Shown piece by piece: positions 1-13,318 of a stretch of DNA of 64,000 bases. The notes below the pieces were generated by a model, which saw only the letters and a program-made list of their open reading frames with translations, was not told the origin of the DNA and ran no database searches. The DNA is from Octopus vulgaris (taxonomy: Eukaryota). How positions within the stretch are numbered: the stretch's first letter is position 1; each line of letters opens with the position of its first letter. Location of the stretch: contig OX597820.1 in the NCBI GenBank assembly GCA_951406725.2, positions 95,046,001 through 95,110,000 of the forward strand. Reading direction: 5' to 3'. The translations under genes were made by a program, and so were the position numbers.

Positions 1-539
1 CAAATAACATTTGCAATATTTACAAGAAATTACAAGATGACCACATGAATGTAGCTGGACGAGAGTTTGCTGCAGTTTCGGTTGTAGTAACACACTGAGA
101 TCTTATTTTCAAAGAAAGAAAGAAAGAAAGATCAAATTTTCAAACGTTTAATCTTAAATACATTTGCGTTGGTCGATGACAAAGCAAAATGATGTTAGAA
201 ATATTGATTTGAAGAAAGAAATGATACGATCAGCAACATCAACAGTAACTGCATTCAATGCTTCGCAAATGTTATAAGTCAAAAAGAATGACTTAAATTG
301 AGCCAATTCTAGAAAAATTAGGAGTGGATGATGTATGTCACAAAAAAAATTAGTTCCCCTTACTCGATAAATTTATTTAGGAAAATATGAGGGAAAAAAG
401 TGTTATTCAAGGAATATAGGAACTTATGTTCCCTCTAAAGGGGTGTTGGGAGAACCCTGGCTAATGTCTGACAAGATGTGTGTTCTATCGACCGAAGCAG
501 AGTATATTGAAGTGAACATTTGGTTTTTAAAGCTTGGAA

Positions 540-1358
540 TAGTGGTTCTCAACCGGAGTCCATATGGCCCTCGGGGATCCATATACGATTTTATTAAAAT
601 TTACCTGCAATAAATTGGCTAGACTCCTATTGGGTTGTCCGGAAAGTTCGTGCCGATTTTTAAAGGAAAGAAAAAGGTCAATAAATATTTGCCATTACAT
701 TTTTAATCAGCCAAATATGAACCATTTTGTTGCACAATGCATCTCCATCTTTCCTTTAACTTGAAAAAACCCTCTTCCCAGAATTGGGGTGGTTTCATGG
801 CAAAAAATTCATCAAGGTATCTTTTTACGTCATCCAAGGAATTGAAATTTTTACCATTAAGACTATTCTGCAGAGACCTGGAAAAGTGGAAATCCGAAGG
901 AGCAATATCTGGTGAATATGGAGGGTGGGGTAACACATCCCAGCCGAGCTGCAGCAATTTTTGTCTGGTTCCCAAAGCATCAAGCGCCGAAAATGAACTT
1001 TCTTATCTTCCATTTTAAAGGGTTACAGAATTAACACAAGTTATAGGAACATAAATCTTCTTCCACGAAAAGATAGCTTAAACTGTGCTCTAAATGAAGG
1101 TGTAGTCAAATCCTATTTTATGGACTCAACCACGTTCTAAAATAAGTCGAAAGCTAAGCTACTATAAATCGGCACGAACTTTCCGGACAACTCAATACAA
1201 TACATAAAATATCTTAGCAATTTTTTTTATAACACTTCTAAATAATAATTAATCATAAAAATATATGATATTTTGGGACATCGAAGGGCTATGGGGTCCA
1301 TCTAAGTAAAATAGGAATCAAAGGGGGTCAATAAGCAAAAAATGGTTGAGAAACACTG
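540..1358. mobile_element. Non-autonomous hAT (Charlie-type) element containing a nested mariner
   Basis: TIRs tagtggttctcaacc / ggttgagaaacactg. Imperfect 8-bp TSD GCTTGGAA / GCCTAGAA. A related left-end fragment lies at ~56766. Confidence 0.7.
630..1195 (-). mobile_element. Internally deleted mariner
   Basis: TA-flanked TIRs ttgggttgtccggaaagttcgtgccgattt / aaatcggcacgaactttccggacaactcaa. Transposase N-terminus (MEDKKVHFRRLMLWE) is fused to the C-terminus (HPPYSPDIAPSDFHF). Confidence 0.9.
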
Positions 1359-1526
1359 GCCTAGAACAAGGTAGACAGGTAGAGTTGATGCGCCACACCC
1401 CTAACCACAGGGGAGATTCACTTGAAGTAGGTACTTAAGTTGAAGCATCAAGTCAGTGCGGTATTCTCCGTACAACTCAAAGTAAGGTGAATAAAATCAA
1501 AATAAGCAACAGGATATCAAAAGGAT

Positions 1527-3437
1527 ATAAGCCTCTGTACCGGGCTTTCATTGACATGGAGAAAGACTTTGACAGGGTCCCTCGATACCTTATTTGGTAG
1601 TCAATGTGGAAAATAAGGATAGATGAGTGGTTAGTGAGAGCTGTACAAGCGATGTAAAGGGATGGTGTCAGTAAGGTGAGGGTTAGCAACGAGTACAGGG
1701 AAGAATTCGGGATAGGAATAGGGGTTCACCAAGGATCAGTCCTCAGCCCCCTCTTATTCATCATAGTCCTCCAGACAATAACAGGAATTCAAGACAGGAT
1801 GCCCCTGGGAGCTTCTCTATGATGGTGACCTTGCTCTAATTGCTGAGTTACTATCAGAACTAGAGGAGAATTTTCAGGTGTGAAAGCAAGATCTAGAATC
1901 GAGGGGCCTTAGAGTCACTGTAGCAAAAACCAAATTCTTTAATAAGGAAAGCGGACAAACCACAAATCCACCCCCACTACTGACTTGGTCACCTAGGTAA
2001 CGGACGCTATCAACTACTTTAGTTTTCTCCCGCTAGAATGTGATGGAAGCTGTTTTCTGCACATTTTCAATGTTTATTGCTCCTGAGCATTTGCCACACA
2101 CAAAAACTATCTTCCCAGTTAACCTTCCTTTGATATTGCTGCACCTCTTATGTGTTCATAGCTTACACCGGGTACACCTTAAAGGAGTGTCTACCTACGC
2201 CTTTTCTACAGGTATATATATATAGGTGTACCCGGTGTAAGCTATGAACACATAAGAGGTGCAGTAATATCAAAGGAAGGTTAACTGGGAAGATAGTTTT
2301 TGTGTGTGGCAAATGCTCAGGAGCAATAAACACTGAAAATGTGCAGAAAACAGCTTCCATCACATTCTAGGTGGGGAAACTAAAGTAGTTGATAGCTTCC
2401 ATTTCCTAGGTGACCAAGTCAGTAGTTGGGGTAGATGCTCTGAGAGTGTAGCTGCTAGAATAAGAATAGCCTGGGCAAAGTTCAGAGAACTCCTACTTCT
2501 GCTGGTGACAAAGGGCCTCTCGCTCAGATAAAAGGTAATCTGTATGACGCATGTGTGCAAACAGCCATGCTACATGGCAATGAAACATGGGCCGTGACTG
2601 CTGAAGATATGCGTAAGCTTGCAAGGAATGAAGCTAGTATGCTCTGCTGGATGTCTAATGTCAGTGTGCATACACGACAGAGTGTAAGTGCCTTGAGAGA
2701 AAAGTTGGACATAAGAAGCATCAGATATGGTGTGCAAGAGAGACAACTGCGTTTGTATAGTCATTTGTTGCGTATCGATAAGGACAAATGTATGAAAAAG
2801 TGTCACACCCTAGCAGTAGAGGGAACCTGTGGAAGATGTAGACCCAGGAAGACCTGGGATGAGATGTTGAAGCACGACTTTCGAATGTTGGATCTCACCG
2901 AGGCGATGACAAGTGACCAACAACTTTGGAGATATGCTGTGCTTGAGAAGACCCGGCAAGCCATATGAAACCGTAACTGTGGCCAGTGTAACATAACCAG
3001 CCCATTTCAGAGTACCCTTCGATTATTGGGCAATAAACTACGCTTGCGAAGACCTGTTGAGGCAAGTGATGTCTTTGTCGTGGCCGATGACAGTACCGCT
3101 TGATTGGCACATGTGTCCGTGATACGTAAAAAGCACCATTCGAGTGTGGTCGTTACCAGTGCTGCCTAACTGGCTCCCGTGCCGGTGGCATGTAAAAAGC
3201 ACCATTTAAGCGTGGCCTGTGCCAGTACCGCCTAACTGGCCCTCGTGTCGATGGTAAGTAAAAAGCACCCACTACACTCTCGAAGTGAGTAGCGTTAGGA
3301 AGGGCATCCAGCTGTAGAAATATTGTCAGATTGGATTGGAGCCTGGTGCAGTCTTCTTGCTTGCCAGCCCTCAGTCAAACCGTCCACTACATGCCAGCAT
3401 GGAAAGCGGACGTTAAACGACGATGATGATGATGATG
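1527..3437 (+). mobile_element. 5'-truncated, degenerate RTE-clade LINE with an internal inverted duplication
   Basis: RT remnants (AFIDMEKDFDRVPR, GVHQGSVLSPLLFII, AMLHGNETW, RPRKTW). 3' UTR ends in (GAT)n. Confidence 0.88.
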
Positions 3438-3810
3438 TCACTTGTATATGAATGAAGGATGAGGGAATAGGTATATGCATACACAATGCAATTACTGCGA
3501 GTTGTTTGTAGTGTGAGATACTGCTATTTTCTTTAACTAACTCACAGACGTATCAAGAAATATTTTGTTCGCTTATCTCTGAAAATAGGTCACCTCCACT
3601 GAGACAATTAGACAATGACTAGAGTAACAGCAACTTCCTCGGAAATGGCGCAACTTTGGCCTAACCTTGTTGCTAAGATAGATCTTTGTTTGTTTAAAAT
3701 ATGGTTATGATAGGAAATTCTGTGTAAGAAGACTTATACATATATACAAATAAAAATACATATATGCAAATATATGTGTGCGGTTGTGTGCATGCATGTG
3801 CGCACGTGCA

Positions 3811-4020
3811 CATGTGGGTGCTGAGAAGTTCCTGGCTTTGGGTAAAAGAAATTACAGAAGAATTAGTTAAGATTTTATTCAACATATTGGCCTCTCAGTT
3901 TCACACACTTATTGCAGCGGTTTCAATTTTTCTAAACCCTGTAAAAGAACTCAGAAGGTTGGGCCTCCATCCAGGCCTTTCCGGATACCCTTAAAGCCAG
4001 GAACTTTTCTGAATCACTTC

Positions 4021-4022
<2 letters not shown>
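3811..4022. mobile_element. Mariner-type MITE
   Basis: Inverted ends ggtgctgagaagttcctggcttt / aaagccaggaacttttctgaatcac. Confidence 0.65.
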
Positions 4023-4096
<74 letters not shown>

Positions 4097-4122
4097 ACGA
4101 CATACATATACAAACATATATA

Positions 4123-4165
<43 letters not shown>

Positions 4166-4212
4166 TAAATATAATTTATATTACGTATATATATATATAT
4201 ATATATATATAC

Positions 4213-4253
<41 letters not shown>

Positions 4254-4399
4254 CCTCCACATCATAAAGTTTAAAATTTATCTCGATAGTAAAAATAGAG
4301 AAGGAAAAACAGATGATGAAACATTCAAAAGTTAAAATGAAATTAAACTGTAATTGAACCTACATTATCCAGCTTCATATTCTAGAAGGTTAACTATTT

Positions 4400-4441
<42 letters not shown>

Positions 4442-4828
4442 TGTATAACATGCTTAAAGCAGATACATTGTTGAAAACCTGACAAATATATCAGTAGCGA
4501 CAAAAATCTTCCATTGCCCAATACGCCTTTCTGTTTCTTTGAGCCTCGTCTGTAGCAAATGTTCACTGGCACCACATTCTAGGCGAAAATCACAGACCTC
4601 ACATTTAACTGGCAGGCTGAATAAAAATTCGAATATGAACATATTCCTTTCTCTCCATTGATAAGCATGTGAATGACTATACTTTGCTAAGGATGTCTAA
4701 TGCAATCAAAACATGAACGTAGTTTTAACTCTATCTACCAAAACTCAAGCTATTTTTTCCATTACTGATTTCTAATTATAATTAATTGGGTTTCTAGTGC
4801 GTCAACTCATTTCAGCATTTTTTATTTC

Positions 4829-5030
4829 TAAAAGGCAATCTTTACAATCAACTTCACGTGGATATTTTATTAGAACACCAAATACTGAGTTATTTACCAT
4901 TTAAGAGGATCTCTCATATTTTATATCATTGGCAGAGTAGAAAATATGAGACGTCCTCTCAAGGCAAATAACTCAGTATTTGGTGTCCTAATAAAATATC
5001 CACGTTAAGTTGGATATAAAGGCTGCTTTT
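4829..5030. repeat. Imperfect foldback (about 90-bp arms), MITE-like
   Basis: cacgtggatattttattagaacaccaaatactgagttattt is the reverse complement of aaataactcagtatttggtgtcctaataaaatatccacgt. Confidence 0.75.
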
Positions 5031-5252
5031 GTTGCTGCTATTAATTATTCTTATTTGATTTAGTTAACCATTATTCATCAATGTTTACCTGTCCTCATCA
5101 CATTTACAATCTTAGCTAAATTCTGTTCACCACAATAAATGTATCAGCGACTATTTCACAATCAACTTCACTAGGTTTGTTGCTTCAAATAACATGTATT
5201 TCGTTTGTTGCTTCAAATAACATGTATTTCGTTTATCCTTATTTCGTCACAG

Positions 5253-5412
5253 GCAAATCATCCCTGGGTAGTATTCTGTTCAGGCTTGTAAAGGTAGACA
5301 AAGGAAAGGTTTTAATTGATGATGATGACATTTCTGAGATTAACCTCGAGGAATTAAGATCGAAAATATCAATCATACCACAAGACCCTGTTCTATTTTC
5401 TGGCACAATAAG
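5253..5412 (+). CDS. ABCC5: ABCC5/MRP5-like ABC transporter, NBD2 exon (end of Walker A, Q-loop)
   Basis: cacag|GCAAATCA...ATAAG|gtaag, 160 bp. Translates (G)[12 protein letters not shown]...[20 protein letters not shown], typical of ABCC NBD2. Confidence 0.9.
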
Positions 5413-6185
5413 GTAAGACAGCAACTCTTTTTTATTTAGCGAAAACGCATAAATACCTACCCAAAATTCAAAAGGTTTCCTTTATCATGCAATTATGCTG
5501 AGTCAGCCTGAGAATTAGGCTAAAGGTACAATTGTCTGTGGAATATTCAGCTACTTGCACTATAACATGAGATGAACTGTATTTTTATCAGGTCATTAAG
5601 AATGAAATGTCCAATTTTGAACTGAAAGTTTATTTTACTTTGTCTCAACAAAAAGCAATGCGGTTAAAGTATGCACCTAAATTATCAACACAATTTTGCC
5701 ATTTTATCGGTAGCTTATTTATGTTGGCAGCGAAGAGTTCTGGAGAGCAAGAGGTGGTGAAATCACGAAAGGCTGTTTTTGCATTTTCTTCAAATTTGAA
5801 GTTTTTTCCTTGCAAAAAGTTGTCTAATGCCGAGAAAACGTGATAGTCAGTTCGTGCAAGAACTGGTGAATATGGTAGATGACAAGAGTACTTCCAAGTT
5901 CAGTTCCTATAATTTGAGTACCGTTCTTTGTGCAACATGTGGTCGAGCATTGTCTTGCAAGAGAATTGGCCTGTCTCTTTCGACCAATCTCGGTTGTTTA
6001 ATTGCAAGTTCACTCATCATTTCATCCACTTGGTTGATCTATACATCCGCTGTAATTGACTTACCAAACTGTAGTGGATGACACCAGCCATGGACCACTG
6101 AACAGATATCATGTGTGAGTGTATGTGTGTGTACACGCGCGGATACATGCATATATATGTATGTTTGTACATACATACATACATG

Positions 6186-6271
<86 letters not shown>

Positions 6272-6592
6272 TGTATGTATGTATGTATGTATGTATGTAC
6301 GTTCATACATACATGTATATAATTCAACTCACTGATTAGGTGCTTATGCAGAAGAGAAAAAAATCCACCTGGTTTAGAGATTAATTTATAACATCACGTT
6401 AAATTCCAATATTTCCTTACCTCGACGCAAGCATGTATAATGCTGCATAGCGTTTATAATTAGCTATAACAAATACTGTAAGCAAATCATATTAGAAAAA
6501 CTAGAAAGCAAACAATATCCTTGATAATTCAAAAGCTTCATTTCTACAGCTGTTTCGACAACACCTATAGATGTTCACAACTACACAATTAA

Positions 6593-6843
6593 TACTCTTT
6601 TACTTGTTTCAGTCATTTGACTGCGTCCATGCTGGAGCACCGCCTTTAGTCGAGCAAAATCGATCCCAGGACTTATTTTTTGTAAGCCTAGTACTTATTC
6701 TATCGGTCTCTTTTGCCGAACCTCTAAGTTACGGGGACGTAAACACACCAGCATCGGTTGTCAAGCGATGTTGGGGGAGGGGGACAAACACGGACACACA
6801 AACATATACACACACAAACACACACACACGCACACACACACAC

Positions 6844-6905
<62 letters not shown>

Positions 6906-6948
6906 GACGGGCTTCTTTCAGTTTCCGTCTACCAAATCCACTCACCAA
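6593..6948 (-). mobile_element. tRNA-derived SINE family A, 3' part
   Basis: Reverse complement of the 14278 and 18231 copies, with an internal (TA)/(CA) tract. Confidence 0.8.
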
Positions 6949-7029
6949 TATTAATAATTATTACATAGTAATAGTCGAAAACAATGCGAGTGTATTTCAT
7001 CAGGACCATACTCGTCCAATCGATGTGAA

Positions 7030-7290
7030 ATGTTAGTGTGCATGTATGACAAAGTATAAACGTGCTGAGAGATAAATTGGGCATAAAAGGCATCAGATGT
7101 GGCGTGCAGGAGAGAAGATGGTGCAGGTATGATCGTGTAACGTGGATGGACGAGGACAGCCGATCAGTGAAGAGGGAGACCCAGGAATACATGGGACAAA
7201 GTGGTTAAGACTGACCCCAAGATGTTGAGCCTCTTGGAAGACATGACGGAGAACCGAGATGAATGGTGATATGTTGTGCTTGAGAAGATC
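7030..7290 (+). mobile_element. RTE LINE fragment
   Basis: Homologous to 2660-2960. Confidence 0.65.
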
Positions 7291-8021
7291 CGTCCATCCC
7301 AGCACAACTGAGGTTCTGTCAAGCCTTTCTCCACAACTCATCTAACACCCTTTCTTCCATCAGCTTTCTTTATTACCCTATTTCCTTCTTTCACTTTCCC
7401 TCTGCTGAACTGATATTCTCAATGTCCAACTCACTCCCTATCTCTGATCATGTGACACTTTTCTCACTCAGCACAATTACCAATGTATCCACCTTTTCGG
7501 CTCCTCTATCCAGCTCTGTCTCTCATATTCACCTTGTACCTTGACCTCACAGCTCTAACCCCCTCTCTCTCTCTCCAGGTGGGTAAACCATGTATTCACC
7601 TCTTCACCCTATCCTATCCTATGAGCTGGCAGTATCTTTGTGTCTGTCCTTCTCCCCAACCATTGCTTGACAACTGGTATTGGTTTGTTTAGATCTCCAT
7701 TATTTAGCAGTTCAGCAAAAGAAACCAATAGTATAAGTACAAGGCTTGAAAAGTAAGTGCTGGGGGTCAATTTGTTCAACACCAGAACTTATTTTATTCA
7801 TTCGATTAGTTTCTCAAGGCAATGACCCAACATTGCCGCAGTCTAATGACTGAAATAAGTAAAAAGAAAAAGAATACTTGAGTACATACATATATATGCA
7901 TGTATTTAACAATGAATACAATCAAAATAGAACAATAAGGCATGATTCATATTATTAGAAAACTATCTTTTGAAATAGTTTCCTTAATTCCATGGAAATT
8001 CATACAGTTACGTCTTTATAG

Positions 8022-8100
8022 ATACAATCTTGACCCTTTCTCTGAGTACTCAGATGAAGAACTGTGGCAATCTCTGGAAAAAGTACAGATAAAGTCCAAA
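8022..8100 (+). CDS. ABCC5: ABCC5-like exon
   Basis: tatag|ATACAAT...TCCAAA|gtaagt, 79 bp. (R)YNLDPFSEYSDEELWQSLEKVQIKSK, in phase with the previous exon. Confidence 0.9.
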
Positions 8101-8150
8101 GTAAGTATGATGTTGTTTTCAGATTGAAAATTTCTTTCTCTTTTTCTCTC

Positions 8151-8200
<50 letters not shown>

Positions 8201-8214
8201 TGTGTGTGTGTGTA

Positions 8215-9479
8215 TTGAGTCACCCCATAAATAATGTGGTTTTTTTCATTCGCGTGAACTAAAAGTCGGGAGGGAGTGGGATAAACTACCTGCATTAACT
8301 TGCTATAAAAGCAGGTAGTAATTTTACCTTGTACTTATTCTTAGTGCAAGCTTTGAAGAGTGCAGTTCGATTTTAACAGTTATTTTTTAATCTATAATGG
8401 AAGTAACAAAGGAGCATATTTGGCATATTTTGCTTTATGAGTTCAATAAAGGCAACAATGCAATGGAAAGTATGTGGAATATTTATGTAGTATATGGAGA
8501 TCGGACAATAAGTGCAAGCCAATGTCAACAGTGGTTCCAGAAATTCCAAGCCAGAAACTACAGCCTAGAAGACAAGCCTCATCCTGGAAGATCTGTCGAG
8601 CTTCACAAGACGTCCTGCAAAACCTGGTGGAACAAAATCCCATAACTGTTAAGGAACTAGCAGAGAAGCTTGGATTTGGTCGTTCAACCATTCATTGACA
8701 CTTGTATGCCATTAGAAAAATCAGCAAATTAGGTCAATGTGTTCCTCACAAACTTTCTGAGTTTAATCGTACTTAGAGAGTGAATGTGTGCTCTTCTTTG
8801 CTGTCATGTCTCACAAATGAACCCTCTTTTGGACTGATGACAAAAAATAGGTTCTCTATAAAAATGTAAAGCACCAAAGACAGTAGGTATGGAAAGGAGA
8901 AATACTTGTATCCTAGGCTAAGAAGGTCTTCACCCACGTAAGGTGTTGTTATCTATTTGGTGGAATATGAAAGGTGTAGTCCACTTTGAACTTTTAAACC
9001 CAAACCAAAGTATAATAAAGGAGATCTACTGCAAGCAGCTTGAGTGGCTTAAGTCAGCGCCAGATGAAAAACAACCATCTTTGGTTTCAAAATGAAAGGT
9101 GTTCTTCCATCAGGATAATGCTTGGCCACATACAGTGAGGATGACATTCCAAAGGCTGGAGCAGTTTGAATGGGAAACGATGCCCCACCCACCATATTCG
9201 CCGGACGTTGCCCCATCTGATTATCATTTATTCCGCAGTCTTCAAAATCATTTGGACAGGAAAATTATGAATTCTGTAGATGAGGTTAGAACAGTACTGG
9301 AGGAGTATTTTTCATCACAGACAAGTGAATTTTGGAAGAGGGGCCTTGCAAATCTACCAGATAGATGGAAGAGCATTGTAGAAAAATGAGCAAGGAAATA
9401 TTTTAGATAAAAAAGAACTTTGTTTATCTTAATTTTGAAAAATAAAAGAAAAAACCACATTATTTATGGAATGAACCAA
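8215..9479 (+). mobile_element. Full-length mariner with a pseudogenised transposase (8397 to ~9410)
   Basis: TA-flanked TIRs ttgagtcaccccataaataatgtggtttttt / aaaaaaccacattatttatggaatgaaccaa. Motifs FHQDNAWPH and HPPYSPDVAPSDYHLF; frameshifts and stops present. Confidence 0.92.
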
Positions 9480-9515
9480 TATATATGAACAATATATATG
9501 AACACAAATAACATA

Positions 9516-9866
9516 GGTGCAGGAGTGGCTGTGTGGTAAGTAGCTTGCTTAGCAACCAAACGGTTTTGGGTTCATTCCCACTGTGTGGCACCTTGAGCAA
9601 GTGTCTTCTACTTTAGCCTCGGGCCGACCAAAGCCTTGTGAGTGGATTTGGTAGATGGAAACTGAAAGAAGTCGTATATATGTATGTGTATGTATATGTT
9701 TGTGTGTCTATGTTTGTCCCCCCAACATCACTTGACAACCAATGATGGCGTGTTTACGTCCCCGTAACTTAGTGGCAAAAGAGACTGATAGAATAAGTAC
9801 TAGGCTCGACTAAAGGCTGGTGCTCCAGCCTGGCCACAGTCAAATAACAGAAACAAGTAAAAGAGT
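9516..9866 (+). mobile_element. tRNA-derived SINE family A
   Basis: Head with A box (tggctgtgtggtaag) and B-box-like ggttcattccc; body shared with the other copies. Confidence 0.8.
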
Positions 9867-10378
9867 ATATGTTTATATAATATAATATATACATATGAAA
9901 ATAGACATATGGAAAGGCATGTATTGCACTCAAAATTGCCAGATTGTGGTTTCAATTCCCAGACCAGGTGTTGCATTGTGTTCTTGAGCAAAACGCTCCA
10001 TTTCACATTGCTCTGCAATCATTTCATCAATTGACGTGTGACACATTGTGCACCTGTACTGGATAATGTCGATTTGATGGAGGGAGTGAGCTTGTGTGAA
10101 CACAAACATTCTGATCACTATAAACAAATCATCTGTATGGTTGTTCAGCAAGAAATTACAGAACCATCATATATCCCCTAATAACAAGAGAGAGAGAGTG
10201 TGTGTGTGTGTGTTATATACACACACATGCCACACATACAACACACACAATCATATATATATATATATATAAAACATCAAAGATAAACACACTAGCCTGA
10301 ATCTATCAATATAGAGTAAATAAAAAATGATGACCAAAAAAACACGACTTTATCTTTAATCATTTTTTAACTGTTTAG

Positions 10379-10492
10379 ATCATGAACATGGAGCATTGTC
10401 TTGACTCAATGGTTGAAGAAAATGGTGAAAATATTTCTGTTGGAGAAAGGCAACTAATTTGCATGGCACGAGCACTCTTGAAGAACAATAAG
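10379..10492 (+). CDS. ABCC5: ABCC5-like exon (ABC signature)
   Basis: tttag|ATCATG...AATAAG|gtaagt, 114 bp. [38 protein letters not shown]; SVGERQL is characteristic of the ABCC5 group. Confidence 0.92.
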
Positions 10493-10525
10493 GTAAGTTT
10501 TGTCATTTATTATTACAGTAAAAAA

Positions 10526-11470
10526 GGCGGCGAGCTAGCAGAAACGTTAGCACGCCGGGTGAAATGCTTAGTGGTATTTCGTCTGCCGTTACGTTTTGAG
10601 TACAAATTCCGCCAAGGTCGATAAATTAATTACCAGTTACACATTGTCTGTCCTTGTTCATCTCTATGTTTAGCCCCTTGTGGGCAATAAAGAAATAAGA
10701 ATAAAGAAATGTTAGCACACCAGACAAAAAGAATAAAGAAATGTTAGCACACCAGACAAAATGTTTTAGTGGCATTTCTTCTGGCTTTACAGTCTGTGAT
10801 TGTTGAGGTCAACTTTGCTTTTTATCCTTTCTGAATATTGATGTCAATGTAATTGATTAGCACCAACCCACAAAAGTTTCAGGCCTTGTGACTACATTAG
10901 AAGGAATTATCACAGTAAATGTAAAGGCAGTAAATTGGCAGAATTGTGAAAATACAGGCTTTTTATGCTCCCACCAAGATTGGCTTCTACCTTTCATCTT
11001 TGGAGACAATTAAATAGAGTACCAGTCAAATACTAGAATCAATATAGTACACTGTTCCTCCCCTTAGATTTCTATCCTTGTGTCTATTTTAGAAATTATT
11101 ATATGATAAAGGTAATGAGATATGCGAAGACAGTAGAGAGAGGAGTTAAATATATTATTTGTATTTAGTTAAATCCCACTATTTTCTGCATTAGATTTCA
11201 TGGTGGTCAACTTTACCTTACATCTCTCTGATGTTAATATAAGGACCAGTTTAAGGTGGTGAGCTGGCAGAATCATTAGCTCACCAGACTTACTGCATTT
11301 CATCTGTCTTTACATTCTGAGTTCAAATTCCACCAAGGTTGACTTTGCCTTTCATCCTTTCTGGATCGATAGAATAAGTACTTGTTGAACAATGGGGTCA
11401 ATGTAATTGGCTTACCCCTTCTCCTCTTCCCCCATTCCCCCTGAATTTGTTGGCCTTGTGCCAAAATTTG
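10526..11470 (+). mobile_element. Cluster of tRNA-derived SINE family B copies (10526-10698, ~10710-10905, ~10925-11100, 11254-11470)
   Basis: ggcggcgagctagcagaaacgttagcacgccggg head and gagttcaaattcc B box. The gcctttcatcctt...gataa.taagtac core is shared with 54968-55190. Confidence 0.75.
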
Positions 11471-12287
11471 ATATCTGTATAAGGACCAGTCAAGTACTGG
11501 ACCAAGTGATACACTACACAGCCTCCAAAAGCTGTGCCAATGTTAAAAACTCTTATTGCTAGGTAGTAGAAGCTCTAGAATAATAGATGGGAAAGCCCTG
11601 CACCAGAATTTATAAACCTAACAGAAATATACCAGAAGCTTGGTACAGATATGGCTATGAAGTTGAGGAGTCCATTTTGGAATCACCTACTTCCAGATTT
11701 GATCCCTCTGTGGGAAACATTGGCCAGATATTTTCTCCTATAGTTGTGGTTTGGCCAATACATTGCAAGTGGAATTTCATAAAGGAAACTATATGGAAAT
11801 CCGTCAATAACAAGGGATGAGACAGCTTCTATTCAGTTGTTCCACCTGCTACAAATATCCATAAATCACAATCTAATGACTTACAAAAAAAGGATACACT
11901 GACTAATGTTGCACTAAATATATAACCCAAGAATAGGCAATGGTTAAGACGAAATACTTTGGATGATAGACTTACTCACTCAAAGCTGACTTTGAGCTAA
12001 TGACAACAATACATCTCTATATGGTCACTCAGCCTTCGAGAAATAGCAGTCAAGTCACACCACATGTTGGCTTAATAACATAAGGACACAATGAATAATA
12101 GAATCTATAATAGAATAATAGAATCTTGCCTTACAGAAAAAGGCAAAATAATTATGGTTAGAATGCCTTTGGTACTTCATTTTTCTGTCAAGTCCACAGA
12201 GTGTTGGGGAAAGGAATGGTGGGGTGATGATGTGAACAGTGTTCTTGGACTCATTCACCATCGTTGATTTTAGAGTGAGTGAGTCAG

Positions 12288-12560
12288 AGAAGATGAAGAT
12301 GAAGCAGGAAGAAGATGAAGATGAAAAAGGATGCAGAAGGAAGAAGATGAAGAAGAAAGATGAAGAAGATGAAAAAGACAATGAAGAAGGAAGGAAGAAG
12401 ATGAAGAAGGAAGAAGATGAAGAAGGATGAAGATGAAGATGAAGAATGAGAATGAAGAATGAAGATGAAGAATGAAGATAAAGAATGAAGATAATGAAGG
12501 AAGATGATGAAGAAGGCAGAAGATGAAAATGAAGAAAGAAGAGGGGAAAAGAAGAAGAAA
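12288..12560. repeat. Degenerate (GAA/GAT)n purine tract
   Basis: gaagatgaagaa repeats read directly. Confidence 0.9.
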
Positions 12561-13153
12561 CATCCTCCAGTACTAGACTGATACTACACATATCAGCCCC
12601 CAGAGGGATGGAAAGTAAAGCTGAGGTTGTTAATGCTCTTCAGATTTCCCATATTTCTTTGTCACTTCACCATTCTTAACTGACAACTCCGTTGGCTGGA
12701 TACATACTGAGTGCCTACTTCAACATCTATAAACCAAGCCTTTCAGATGACGCCTACAAGCCAGAGAAAAAGAGGATGATTGAAGATCGAGTGTCACTAA
12801 AGAGATGCTTGTGTCTGGTGAACAGGTGTTGGAGCAACACCAAAAATCTAGCATAGGACAATAAGTAATAAATTAAATGCTGTAACTGCTCTGTGTAATC
12901 AATGGAGCACCCTGGCAGTTTCATACATCACATGGTGTGGAAATTCCTAAATCTAAGTTAATGTCTATTTAAGATAATAAAAAAAACTTACACTGAGCCT
13001 AACAGCTCTGGATTTCTACTTTATATGTTTTTACCTATGTGTGAAATAGTTTATTGAGTTTTCTTTCGTTGATTGTTTCTGTTTTATGTTTAGCACAGCC
13101 ATAAATGCTATTATGATCAAAGTATTGAGTCTCTCTTTATTTCTCTTGGCTAG

Positions 13154-13318
13154 ATTTTATTGCTGGACGAAGCTACCGCCTCCATAGATACAGGAACCGA
13201 TGCTATAATACAAGCAACAATTGCTAGAGTCTTTTCTGACTATACTGTATTGACAATTGCGCATCGTTTGAACACAGTATTAAACTGCGATAAAATATTG
13301 GTTATGGACCAAGGACAG
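13154..13318 (+). CDS. ABCC5: ABCC5-like exon (Walker B, D-loop, H-switch)
   Basis: gctag|ATTTTA...GGACAG|gtatg, 165 bp. [16 protein letters not shown]...[25 protein letters not shown]. Confidence 0.92.

Noticed and set aside
4829-5030. Hammerhead in this foldback
   Set aside because: No convincing CUGANGA/GAAA pair and no (TA)n flanks; left as a MITE-like inverted repeat.
1-5252. Search for the upstream ABCC exon ending GIVGRTGS
   Set aside because: Not found; the region is repeats, so it is treated as intron.
12055-12591. 178-aa Phe/Ser-rich and Glu/Lys-rich ORFs
   Set aside because: Product of a (GAA/GAT)n tract; no splice or domain support.
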